NCBI GenBank assembly: GCA_046744245.1
Contig: JBKPBB010000157.1
Location: 1 to 25,857 of the forward strand
Source: Thermodesulfobacteriota bacterium
GTDB lineage: Bacteria > Desulfobacterota > Binatia > DP-6
Length of the DNA: 25,857 bases
Reading direction: 5' to 3'
How positions within the stretch are numbered: the first letter of the stretch is position 1; the number at the start of each line of letters is the position of its first letter. Of the stretch, positions 9,701 through 17,359 are shown piece by piece. Below the pieces are notes generated by a model. That model searched no databases, was not told the DNA's origin, and saw nothing but the letters and a program-made list of their open reading frames with translations. The translations under genes were made by a program, and so were the position numbers.

Positions 9701-9999
9701 TCGGTCAGCAGCTGGAAGAAGCGGTCCATGATCCGGTGCCACTCTTCGGGATCGAGCTGCTCCGCCAGCTCCATCGAGCCCTTCACGTCGGCGAAGAGCA
9801 CCGTCACCTGCTTGCGCTCGCCTTCGAGCGCGTGGCGTGCGCGGAGGATCTTCTCGGCGAGGTGTCTCGGGGTGTACGCGCGCGGATCGGGCTGCCCGGA
9901 AGAGACGAGCGCGAGCCGGCGCCCGCACTCACCGCAGAACTTGACGCCCGGCGCGTTCTCGAAGCCGCAGCTCGAGCAGCGGAGCGAGGAGCCGCTCAT
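6703..9999 (-). CDS. Zinc ribbon + class III nucleotide cyclase + AAA/STAND-like ATPase + TPR-like helical repeat protein (about 1098 aa)
   Basis: CSSCG...FCGECG ribbon; VTVLFADVKGS and YTGDGIMALFGAP cyclase motifs; Walker A-like AEPGVGKS; LLEDLHW; TGGNPFFIEE; ARIDRL; YAFKHPLTQEVAY; Ala/Leu-rich helical C-terminus. The start is placed at ATG 9999, not the ORF-track start at 10182. Confidence 0.93.
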   Translation of the reverse strand: MSGSSLRCSSCGFENAPGVKFCGECGRRLALVSSGQPDPRAYTPRHLAEKILRARHALEGERKQVTVLFADVKGSMELAEQLDPEEWHRIMDRFFQLLTEGVHRFEGTVNQYTGDGIMALFGAPIAHEDHAQRACWAALHLRDEVRGYADELRTARGVGFAVRMGLNSGEVVVGKIGDDLRMDYTAQGHAVGLAQRMEQLAEPGRPLLTENTAKLVAGFFTLRDLGPSRVKGASEPLRLYELEGPGRLRTRFDVSRTRGLSRFVGRAVEMAALEAALERALGGSWQAVAVVAEPGVGKSRLCHEFAERCRARGIGVVEAHAVAHGKNIPLLPWMELVRNAFGITKQDGDDTARQKIAGRLLLPAPGLHDALPVMFDFLGVPDPARPAPRLTPEAMQRELVGIVSRFQRDRARRGELSVYLLEDLHWLDRASEALFAATHELLKETPTLLVFTFRPEYDGLWLEKSSYRQLALQPLGAGAFAELLRDLLGTDPSVMALADRIRERTGGNPFFIEEVVQALVEAGSLTGSKGAYRLVRPVEELAIPPTVHAVLAARIDRLPEREKAVLQTAAVIGRELPEPLLGRVAELPPTELAAAVQSLMAAEFLYEAAPYPEVEYAFKHPLTQEVAYRSQLGERRARVHATLARALEELHRDKLDERAGLLAYHWERAGEARLAAEWHRRAADWIGSRNRSERVHHWRQVRTLLAGVPESPETLALGVLARRNIIYGSYTLGSWEDDAPAVFAEGMALAERLEDASPRVRLLSSYGVARLALGEMDEGMSHLRESLRLAEESGSGFLRFIARLPLVAALHATGPLGEALALSEEAEALGRGAPELDAEVGASPLGLLLAHRTSVLVHLGRFEEAERAARPAMDVARARTDRESLCIVLNALSLLGLMTGDGERALQQARQAVEHAEAVGTALSRTLALGALGRAQLGARRWSDAAGTLGATLALMRERRTVLFMEMVTLAMLAEACVGLGDRARARETMSLALEVGRRRRAPVYAIRALVACARVLLALDGAQGAAEVDAMLREAAALVTMTEARAYAPFIHATRARLALFTGDEAVRQRELREAQRLFAELRAPLRAAHVERDLGL

Positions 10000-10358
10000 G
10001 GCGCCCACGAGCGCTCCACGGCTCGAGTCGGGATGCGTGGAAGCGTAGGGAGGAATCGGTCCCTCGATTCCGGCAGCTTTCGGCACGGGCCCGCACCGAA
10101 CGGACGGAGCGGCGGCGGCCACCCGCTCAGGGCAAGAAGCGCTGAGCGGCTCACGCGAGCTCCCCGGCGGCCTGCTTCGCACGGAGCGGCGCTCCCATCG
10201 CGGCGACGGAGCCTCGAGCCGGGAGGCTTCTCCCGCCCGCAGGCCGCGCAGCGTGCGACAGCCCGCGGGTCGTCGCCCGCCTGACGGCTCACGGTTCCCT
10301 CGCGCAGGAGCTACGACGATCGCCGGCCGGGTTCAAGCGGGCGGCGGCTGCCCCGGCC

Positions 10359-10868
10359 TCAGCCTTCCTTCGTCGGAATCGAGCCGATGTACTCCATCTT
10401 GCCGAGGTCGACGCCGTTGTGGCGGAGGATCGCGTACGCCGTCGTCGCGTGAAAGAAGAAGTTCGGTAGCGCGATGTGCACCAGGTAGTCGTCGCCGCGG
10501 AGCCACTTCCCGCCAAGCCAAGGCGGAGACACCTTCCGCTCCTCGGCTCCGGCCAAGTCCTTCGCCTGGACGCTCTCGAGGAAGGCGAGGCACTTCTGAA
10601 CGCGTTGCCGGAGCTCGGCGAAGGTCTGCTCGGTGTCCGGGTGGGACGGCGGCTGCCTGCCGGCGAGGTACGCGGCCGCGTACTTCGCCTGGTCGCAGGC
10701 GGACTGCACCTGGCGGACGAAGGGGTACTGATCCGGCGCCAGGCGGGCCTGGGCGAGCACCTCGACGTCGAAGGATTTGGCCTTCGCGTATGCGGTGGCC
10801 TTGTCCATCCAATGCTCGAGGTTCTGCAGGGTCTTGGCGAACAGCCGGATGACATCGTCGTGCTTCAT
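10359..10868 (-). CDS. DUF1993 family (DinB-like helical bundle) protein
   Basis: ARLAPDQYPFVRQVQSACD, DTEQTFAELRQR and LPNFFFHATTAYAILRHNGVDLGK motifs. RBS GAGGAGG lies upstream of ATG 10868. Confidence 0.93.
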   Translation of the reverse strand: MKHDDVIRLFAKTLQNLEHWMDKATAYAKAKSFDVEVLAQARLAPDQYPFVRQVQSACDQAKYAAAYLAGRQPPSHPDTEQTFAELRQRVQKCLAFLESVQAKDLAGAEERKVSPPWLGGKWLRGDDYLVHIALPNFFFHATTAYAILRHNGVDLGKMEYIGSIPTKEG

Positions 10869-10973
10869 GCGATCCTCCTCTCGTGAGCGCCGGACGATAG
10901 TCCAGCGTGTACCCTCAAGCCACCCCCCGCGGCGCTGGCGAGCAGTTGAGGGACCGACCCACAGGCCGCCCCC

Positions 10974-11106
10974 TGCTGGTCGTCTACGACGGGCGCGAGC
11001 GACGCAGGCCTGGTCCGAGGATTTCGGTTGGGTCAACTGCAGCGGCGGCACGAGCGCCGACAGCTTTGGGGTCCGTGCGGTGCGGCTCGTGATGGCGGAG
11101 CGGTGA
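10974..11106 (+). pseudogene. Decayed C-terminal remnant of a DUF1566 (Lcl C-terminal-like) gene
   Basis: CWSSTTGASDA (10974-11006), then after a +1 shift AWSEDFGWVN...FGVRAVRLVMAER* (11008-11106). This matches the DUF1566 tail pattern YWSSTT...AW.V.F..G...VRAVR. Confidence 0.55.
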
Positions 11107-11129
11107 TCGGAGCCTGCCGGACGGGATTT

Positions 11130-11951
11130 TCACTGCAGGCCCGCGAGCCAGCCGCGCAGCGCGTGCCGGAACGCCTCGGACTCCTCGACGAAGGGATAGT
11201 GCCCGCTCTGCTCGAAGACGACCAGCTCCGAGCCCCGGATTCCCTGCCGCATCCGCTCCGCCTGCGACGGCGGGCAGAAGAAGTCGTGCCGGCCGGTCAG
11301 GATGAGCGTGGGCACGTCGATCTCGCCTAGGCGCGACACCACGTCGCAGTCCGCCATGAGCTCCCGGCTGCGCGCGTTGGCCGACGGGCTCCAGCGGGTC
11401 TCCCTGAAGAGCCGCTTCGCGCGCGCGGGATCGAAGGCGCGAAGGCCGAGGCTGGCGGCCACCAGCTCCTGGTTCCGCGCGAAGGTGGCGTCGTCCGCCG
11501 GGACGTCGAGGAAGGCGCTGAGAACCTCTGCGCCGGGGGCCCGTCGCTGCAGCTCCACGATGATCTCGTCGGTGTAGTCCCACGCCGCGGTGGTGCCGAC
11601 CAGCAGGAGATGGCTCAGGTGGCGGGAATGGCGCAGCGCGTACTGGAGCGCGAGGCAGCCGCCGTACGAGTGGCCCAGCACCGCGACCTTCTCGCACCCG
11701 AGATGAGCTCGCAGGGCATCTGCATCGTCGGCGAGCTGCGCGAGCGTGAGCGTCTCGATGGGCGGCCGGCCGGAGCGGCCGTTGCCGCGATGATCGTAAT
11801 AGACGAGGCGGAGCGCGTCGCCGAGCGGGTCGAGCCCGTCGCGGAACTGGGTGTGATCGACGCCGAGCCCGCCGTGCATGACGAGGCACGGCACGCCCGT
11901 CCCCACCTCGAGGTAGAAGAGCTCGGTGCCGTTGACGGGCGCGAGGGGCAT
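11130..11951 (-). CDS. Alpha/beta hydrolase (proline iminopeptidase-like)
   Basis: HGGLG oxyanion motif, YDHRGNGRS, nucleophile elbow GHSYGG, GRHDFFCP and SGHYP. The ATG overlaps the upstream stop (TGATG). Confidence 0.93.
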   Translation of the reverse strand: MPLAPVNGTELFYLEVGTGVPCLVMHGGLGVDHTQFRDGLDPLGDALRLVYYDHRGNGRSGRPPIETLTLAQLADDADALRAHLGCEKVAVLGHSYGGCLALQYALRHSRHLSHLLLVGTTAAWDYTDEIIVELQRRAPGAEVLSAFLDVPADDATFARNQELVAASLGLRAFDPARAKRLFRETRWSPSANARSRELMADCDVVSRLGEIDVPTLILTGRHDFFCPPSQAERMRQGIRGSELVVFEQSGHYPFVEESEAFRHALRGWLAGLQ

Positions 11952-12442
11952 CAGGCGCCCTCGGCGGTGAGCGCCTCCCCGAGCGACCACCCGGCCGCGC
12001 CGAGCAGCACCACGTCCTTCAGCAGGAACTGCCCGGGCACGACCGAGAGCGCGGGGAAGCCTTCCAGGCTCGCCTCCCAGCCGGGCGTGGAGAAGAGGAA
12101 GCTGAGCGTGGTGAGGAACATCATCACCGCCATCCCGCTCCCCACCGCCGCGATCCGCGGAGACACCGGCCGGAGCGCGATCATCGCGGCGACCGCGATC
12201 TCGACCGTTCCGAGGAGATTCGAGAACCCCTGGACGCTGAGGAAGCCGTACATCCAGCTCATGAGCGGGCTCTTGGCCACCAGCGGCTGGATGCCGGCCG
12301 CCTCGTACCCCGTGAACTTCATCGCGCCGATCCAGCCGACGACCAGGACGAGGCCGTAGCGGACGAGGCCCTGCCCCACCACCTCCAGCGTGGCCGTTTC
12401 CTGGACGGTGCTGCTCTGCGTGTGCATGACTCCAATCGCCAT
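11951..12442 (-). CDS. YkgB/RclC (DUF417) family inner membrane protein
   Basis: RYGLVLVVGWIGAMKFTGYEAAGIQPLVAKSPLMSWMY...FLTTLSFLFSTPGW...GQFLLKDVVLLG. RBS GGAGG lies upstream of ATG 12442. Confidence 0.93.
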   Translation of the reverse strand: MAIGVMHTQSSTVQETATLEVVGQGLVRYGLVLVVGWIGAMKFTGYEAAGIQPLVAKSPLMSWMYGFLSVQGFSNLLGTVEIAVAAMIALRPVSPRIAAVGSGMAVMMFLTTLSFLFSTPGWEASLEGFPALSVVPGQFLLKDVVLLGAAGWSLGEALTAEGA

Positions 12443-12456
12443 GACTCCATCCTCCT

Positions 12457-14052
12457 TCACGGGCGAATGCCCGGAATCTTGAGGCGAATGCGATACAGCC
12501 CCGTGCGCGCGGTCATGTAGAGCGCCCTGCCGTCCTCGTCGCCCCAGGCGAAGTTGGCGGGCAGCTCCGGCGCCTTGATGGTTCCCAGGTGCTTCGCCGC
12601 CGGCGAGATGATCCACACCCCGCCCGGCCCGGAGACGTAGAGGTTGCCCTGCTGGTCGACCTTCATGCCGTCGAGCGCCTGCTCGCCCGGCTCGCTCGTC
12701 ATGTCGAAGAAGACCTCGCCGTGCGAGAGCGTGCCGTCCGCCTCCACCCGGTAGCGCATGACGACCTTCTTCTTCACGTCCCAGTCGTCGACGTAGAAGA
12801 ACTTCTCGTCCGGCGAGAAGGCGAGCCCGTTCGGACCCGTCAAATCCGTGGTGAGGAGCCGGACCTTGCCGTCGGCGACGCGGAATACGCCGCTGTAGGG
12901 CAGCTCCTTCCGCGGATCGTCGAAGAACTTCGGCAGCCCGAAGGGTGGATCGGTGAAGTAGAGGGCGCCGTCCGACTTGTAGACCAGGTCGTTCGGGCTG
13001 TTGAGACGCTTGCCCTCGTAGCGTTCGGCCAGCACCGTGAGCTGGCCGTTCTTCTCGAGGCGGGTGACGCGCCGGTTGCCGTGCTCGTCGATGGTGAGCC
13101 GCCCCTCGCGGTCGAGCGCGAGGCCGTTCGAGCCGGGCTGCCCGTACTCGGCGATGTTGGCCCCGGTGTAGCCGCTCTTCGTCCGGTAGACCGAGAGGTC
13201 GCCGTCGGGCGTCCAGCGGTAGATACGGTTGTCGTTGGGGTCGCTGAAGAGGAGGTAGCCGCCGTCGCGCACCCAGACCGGCCCCTCGGTGAAGAGGAAG
13301 CCGCCGGCGAGCTTCTCGACACGCGCGGGCGTGGGCACGATCTCGTCGAGCGCCGGATCGAGGCGCACCACCTCGCCCACGTTCTCCCCGGGCTCAGGCG
13401 CCTTGTAGAAGTCGAGGGTGGCAGACTTGACCCAGATGAAGTTCTGCGGGCTCGCGGAGACCGGGCCGTTCATGCCGAAGACGGCGAGCTGGATCTGCTG
13501 TCCCGGCTTCACGTTGCGGCCGATGACGACGCGGTTCGGTGCGTTGAAGCCGGCCACCACCGCGCCCCCGGTCTGGCCGAGGACGGGCGTCACCTTTCCG
13601 TCCACCCACACCTCGGCGTAGTCGTCGATGACGATCTCGAACACGACCGTCGAGCCGCTCGGGTCGAAGCTGCCGATGCGCTCGGGGACGGTCAGCTTGA
13701 TGCGGTACCAGTTGAAGCACACCTTCCCCGTCGAGCGGCGGGTGTCGAGCGTGGTCGGCTCGATCGCCTCCCACCCCGAGTCGTCGAAGTCGGCCGCGCC
13801 GGCCTTGGGCGCGTAGTCGTAAGTCCGGATCGGCGCCCCGGAGGGTTTCAGGTCGGGCCCCGGGCCCTGGGCGTCGACCTCGACGATCTTCACGTCGCTG
13901 TAGCGCCACTGCCCCTTCACCAGCCGCACACCCTCCGCGCTGCGGAGGTCGACGAGCGCGTCGGGGCGGCCGAAGGGGCGGACCAGCGTCGTCGGGAGCG
14001 CGGCGGCCGGGCCCGCGAGCGCGAGGAGGACGAGCAGCGGAGTGGCGCGCAT
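12457..14052 (-). CDS. Secreted SMP-30/gluconolactonase/LRE family beta-propeller with an N-terminal galactose-binding-like jelly-roll domain
   Basis: Signal peptide MRATPLLVLLALAGPAAA. N-domain FDDSGW...WYR...DDYAEVWVDG. Propeller motifs FTEGPVW, GSNGL, LNSPNDLV, FTDPPFG, PNGLAFSPD, DGMKVDQQGNLYV and PANFAWG. Confidence 0.93.
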   Translation of the reverse strand: MRATPLLVLLALAGPAAALPTTLVRPFGRPDALVDLRSAEGVRLVKGQWRYSDVKIVEVDAQGPGPDLKPSGAPIRTYDYAPKAGAADFDDSGWEAIEPTTLDTRRSTGKVCFNWYRIKLTVPERIGSFDPSGSTVVFEIVIDDYAEVWVDGKVTPVLGQTGGAVVAGFNAPNRVVIGRNVKPGQQIQLAVFGMNGPVSASPQNFIWVKSATLDFYKAPEPGENVGEVVRLDPALDEIVPTPARVEKLAGGFLFTEGPVWVRDGGYLLFSDPNDNRIYRWTPDGDLSVYRTKSGYTGANIAEYGQPGSNGLALDREGRLTIDEHGNRRVTRLEKNGQLTVLAERYEGKRLNSPNDLVYKSDGALYFTDPPFGLPKFFDDPRKELPYSGVFRVADGKVRLLTTDLTGPNGLAFSPDEKFFYVDDWDVKKKVVMRYRVEADGTLSHGEVFFDMTSEPGEQALDGMKVDQQGNLYVSGPGGVWIISPAAKHLGTIKAPELPANFAWGDEDGRALYMTARTGLYRIRLKIPGIRP

Positions 14053-14057
14053 CGGCG

Positions 14058-14486
14058 TCAGCGGACCTTGACCACGTAGTAGAGCACCGGTCCCTCGACC
14101 GCCTTGAACCAGTGCGGGGTACCGTTCGGGACGATGATCACGTCGCCCTTGGAGAGGCGGCGGCTCTCGCCGTCCTCGATCGCCGCGCCGCGGATCTCGT
14201 CGGGCGCCGTGGTCCTGCCGTCCACCACCGTGCCGCCCGTGACGAACGTCGTCGACCCCGCGAGCACGTAGATGATGTCCGTGTCCCTGGTGTGCACCTC
14301 GGCCTGCCCCGCGGCCTCGCGCCGGCTCGCGTGCACCATGTAGTTCCGGCCCTGCCCGTCGAAGAGGACGGCGCCCTTGGCGAAGGCCGCCGCGACCCTG
14401 TCGGCCGGGAAGTACGTCACGTCCGCGCCGAGCACCGGCGCGGCGCTCGCGAGGAGCAGTGCGAGGATCGTCGATCGAACGTGCAT
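14058..14486 (-). CDS. Secreted cupin-domain protein
   Basis: Signal peptide MHVRSTILALLLASAAPVLG. Cupin motifs AEVHTRDTDIIYVLAG and GDVIIVPNGTPHWF. RBS AGGGAGG lies before ATG 14486. Confidence 0.88.
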   Translation of the reverse strand: MHVRSTILALLLASAAPVLGADVTYFPADRVAAAFAKGAVLFDGQGRNYMVHASRREAAGQAEVHTRDTDIIYVLAGSTTFVTGGTVVDGRTTAPDEIRGAAIEDGESRRLSKGDVIIVPNGTPHWFKAVEGPVLYYVVKVR

Positions 14487-14499
14487 CGGCTCCCTCCCT

Positions 14500-14976
14500 T
14501 CACCTGAGCGCGACCGCACCGGCCTTGGCGACCTCTTCGTCGCGCTGCTGGTTGGCGGCGCCGCTGACGCCGATTGCGCCCACCACCTTGCCGTCGACCT
14601 CGATCGGCACACCGCCCTGGAGCGGCGTGAAGTCCTCGAGCGCGATCATCGGCGTGCGGCCGCCCCGGATGATCTCCTCGAAGGCCGCGGTCGGCTTCTT
14701 GAAGAGCGCCGCGGTGCGCGCCTTGCCGATCGAGATGCGCGCGCCGGCGGCGAAAGTGTTGTCGAGCCGCTCCAGGTAGATGAGGTTGCCGCCATCGTCC
14801 ACGACCGCGATCGCGCTGCCCTCGCCGTGCGCCCTGGCGTCGGCGGCGGCTGCGGCCGCGGCCTTCTTCGCGCCTTCGAGCGTGAGGACCTTCTTGTCCG
14901 CGACCTGCGCCGCGCTCCAGGTGGCGGCGCCGAACAGCACGGCGGCGGCGAGGACGCCTCGTTGAACGGATGTCAT
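14500..14976 (-). CDS. Secreted GlcG/HbpS-family (haem-binding/degrading-like) protein
   Basis: Signal peptide ending WSAA-Q. IAVVDDGGNLIYLERLD, GKARTAA and GGVPIEVDGKVVGAIGVSG motifs. Confidence 0.92.
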   Translation of the reverse strand: MTSVQRGVLAAAVLFGAATWSAAQVADKKVLTLEGAKKAAAAAAADARAHGEGSAIAVVDDGGNLIYLERLDNTFAAGARISIGKARTAALFKKPTAAFEEIIRGGRTPMIALEDFTPLQGGVPIEVDGKVVGAIGVSGAANQQRDEEVAKAGAVALR

Positions 14977-14988
14977 CGGTGTCCCTCC

Positions 14989-15381
14989 CTACTTGACCGG
15001 CTTCTCGAACGCGGCCTCGCCGAGCAGCGTCTCGGCGAAGGCGCACCAGATCTGCACCTTGGCGACGTCGGGCACGTAGGCGGGGACGACGATCAAGCGG
15101 TTCACCTTGTCACCCTTCACCGGGAGGCGCTGGAGCAGGTACGTCCTCCCCTTGGAGTCCACCACCTGCCAGTGCGGATCGGGGGTGTCGGGCACCTTGA
15201 AGTCGTCCGAGAGCGTAAGCACGCTCCGGCTCCCCTCCTTCGAGTGCGTGACCGTCCCCGTGTTCGCCTTGACGCCCGCGAAGGGTTTGCTCGTGTGGGT
15301 GTGCGTGCCGGCCGCGTGGCCGCTGTTCGCGAGCGCGAACATCAGCACGGCCAGCGCAGTTGCGGCGATCAGCTCGCGCAT
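14989..15381 (-). CDS. Secreted DM13-like domain protein
   Basis: Signal peptide MRELIAATALAVLMFALANSGHA. LTLSDDFKVPDTPDPHW and VQIWCAFAETLLGEA resemble the DM13 signatures F....GPD..V and V.IWC..F....G.A. GAGGAGG spacing favours ATG 15381 (alternative 15387). Confidence 0.7.
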   Translation of the reverse strand: MRELIAATALAVLMFALANSGHAAGTHTHTSKPFAGVKANTGTVTHSKEGSRSVLTLSDDFKVPDTPDPHWQVVDSKGRTYLLQRLPVKGDKVNRLIVVPAYVPDVAKVQIWCAFAETLLGEAAFEKPVK

Positions 15382-15709
15382 GGTCATCCTCCTCGCGCCC
15401 TTGGATGCCGTCGGGCGAGGAGACGTGTCAGGCGGAGAGCCCCGCCTACCTATGCTAGCTAGGGCGACCAGGTCATCCCGTCTCGCGCTCTCCGTCACAA
15501 GGGATTGACCAACGGGTCCCTTCCGGATTCCGTGGCGGCGGGGGCGGAGATCGGCGCCCTGTCCGCCGTCACGGTTCCCGGAATCACCCTGCCGCTGACG
15601 ACCTCCACGGTCACGCTCCCGGCCACTAGATCCGTGCGTAATAACGACGGCGCCGCCCGGCTAGCCAAGCTCGCGCGCAGCGAGTACAGTCTCGCTCGGA
15701 GGTCGGATC

Positions 15710-17167
15710 GTGAGCCACGAGGCCGACGCAGGAACGCGCGGGGCGTTTCGTGCTGCCCATGCGCTTTTGCAGGCCTCGCTCGCCCTGATGGTCGCGTCCT
15801 GGCCGGCGCTCGCCGCGGGGCCCGATTCGACGACGCAGCCCCTCGAGGACGGATGCCAGCGCAATCCCGAGGGGCTGCTCACCTTCACGTCACCCGAGTG
15901 GGTCTTCGTCTTCAAGGACCCGAGCGCGAAGGTGGTGGAGGGAACGGCGCGCTCCACCCACACCGCCGGCGCCGACCTGCCGCAAGGCCACGACTGGTAC
16001 GACCTCAACTCGAACGTCGATGTCGACCCGCAATATCAGTCCCTGCTCGGGACCGGCAACTTCGCCGGCGCCGGCGAGGAAACGGGGCGGCTGCACGTCG
16101 AGTGGGAGACCGGCTCGGTCCCGACCTTCGTCTGGCCAACCGAAGGCGACAGGGTCAAGCTCTTCGGGTCGTGGATCTGGGACTGCGGCCACTGGGGCCA
16201 GAGCTTCACGGACCCGGACTACTTCCTGCCGGGCAGCGGCGAGACGCCGTTCTCGACGAACGTGCCCGGTGAGAGCACCGAGTTCCATCCGATGCAGGCG
16301 ATGATCGTGACGCGCGCGAACCCTTACCTGCCGCAGGTCACGGAGACGGAGAGCGACGTCTACATCTCCAACGACGGCACGATCGCGCATGCCGAGGAGC
16401 AGTGCGCCCTCGAGCATCCGCCGCCCGCCGGTTCGACGACCTATGGGCCCGATTACAGCGCCTGCCTGAACGACCCGACGAAACGCCACCAGACCATCAA
16501 CGACCGCAACTACACGTTTTTCGTGCCCGCGCCGCCCAAACCCACGCAGAGCGCGACGCTGGGGTTCCGGGTGGTCGACATGGGGAGTAACGGCCCGCAG
16601 GAGCAGGTCCAGGTCCTGCAGGACGGGATCAACGTGACGATCCCGTTCCATGGGTTCCCCGACAGCGGCGCGCCCCTCCGCTACGCCAAGAGCTTCTTCG
16701 TCCGCTGGCAAGGGACCGCCAAGCCGCCGGTCCATCTCCAGGTGACGTTCAAGACGCTGACGGTCATCCACTCGCTCGATCCGAACCCTGCGCGCGGCAC
16801 CCAGACCGGCGTCCCGCCCGGCGAGTACAACCTCTACCTCGACCTCAACGGCTTCTGGAAGTTCCTGAACGACTGGGCGCCCGGCCTGGGCGCGGTCAAC
16901 GACGGCCAGCGCTTCGCGCTCAACCGCACCGTCGACATCTTCGTGCCGGCCCGCAAGGGGGTGCGCGTCTTCGTGCACGGGCGCGAGTGCGACCTGCCGA
17001 AGATCAATCCGTGCCCCGACACGGCGGAGATCTCCGACGACAACGACAACCCCGGTGACGCGATCGACCAGTTCGCCTCGGCCTCCGCTGCGGTCGGCGA
17101 CCACACGCTCCGCCCGCCGTCGGGCAACTATACGCTGACCTACTCGGTCCGGCGGGTCACTCCGTAG
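15710..17167 (+). CDS. Large secreted hypothetical protein (485 aa)
   Basis: GGAGG RBS 7 nt before GTG 15710; hydrophobic signal segment ending WPALA-A; strong GC3 bias; six Cys. No family recognised. Confidence 0.88.
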   Translation: MSHEADAGTRGAFRAAHALLQASLALMVASWPALAAGPDSTTQPLEDGCQRNPEGLLTFTSPEWVFVFKDPSAKVVEGTARSTHTAGADLPQGHDWYDLNSNVDVDPQYQSLLGTGNFAGAGEETGRLHVEWETGSVPTFVWPTEGDRVKLFGSWIWDCGHWGQSFTDPDYFLPGSGETPFSTNVPGESTEFHPMQAMIVTRANPYLPQVTETESDVYISNDGTIAHAEEQCALEHPPPAGSTTYGPDYSACLNDPTKRHQTINDRNYTFFVPAPPKPTQSATLGFRVVDMGSNGPQEQVQVLQDGINVTIPFHGFPDSGAPLRYAKSFFVRWQGTAKPPVHLQVTFKTLTVIHSLDPNPARGTQTGVPPGEYNLYLDLNGFWKFLNDWAPGLGAVNDGQRFALNRTVDIFVPARKGVRVFVHGRECDLPKINPCPDTAEISDDNDNPGDAIDQFASASAAVGDHTLRPPSGNYTLTYSVRRVTP

Positions 17168-17187
17168 GCCTTGCCGGGGCGGCGCAC

Positions 17188-17229
17188 CGCGTGGTGATTC
17201 ATCTCGACGCCGCAGCTCGGGCAGATCAT
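17188..17229 (-). pseudogene. Possible N-terminal remnant of a small CxxC (zinc-ribbon) protein
   Basis: ATG ATC TGC CCG AGC TGC GGC GTC GAG ATG AAT CAC CAC GCG = MICPSCGVEMNHHA, followed by unrelated-looking sequence that runs into the convergent gene. Confidence 0.3.
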
Positions 17230-17359
17230 CGAGGGGAGCTTGCTTATTCCACTACTCTGCTTCGCGGCCGTGACGGAGCGTCCGCGCGCTTGCGCTCGAA
17301 TAGCTCGCCTGATCCCGCCCCTTGGCGTGGAGGCTCCCGGTCGTCCATGATGACCGTCC

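Noticed and set aside
10000-10182. N-terminal extension of the cyclase protein in the ORF track
   Set aside because: This architecture normally begins at the zinc ribbon, and the extension looks non-coding.
14487-14990. Near-identical AGGGAGGGA..CCG-ATG sequences before the cupin and GlcG-like genes
   Set aside because: Adequately explained as strong Shine-Dalgarno sites, and too short to imply a duplication or regulatory repeat.
15505-15709. Coding-like stretch (…GALSAVTVPGITLPLTTSTVTLP…) at the start of ORF 15505..16272
   Set aside because: It may be a relic, but no family motif was recognised, and the rest of that ORF is an off-frame shadow of the 485-aa gene.
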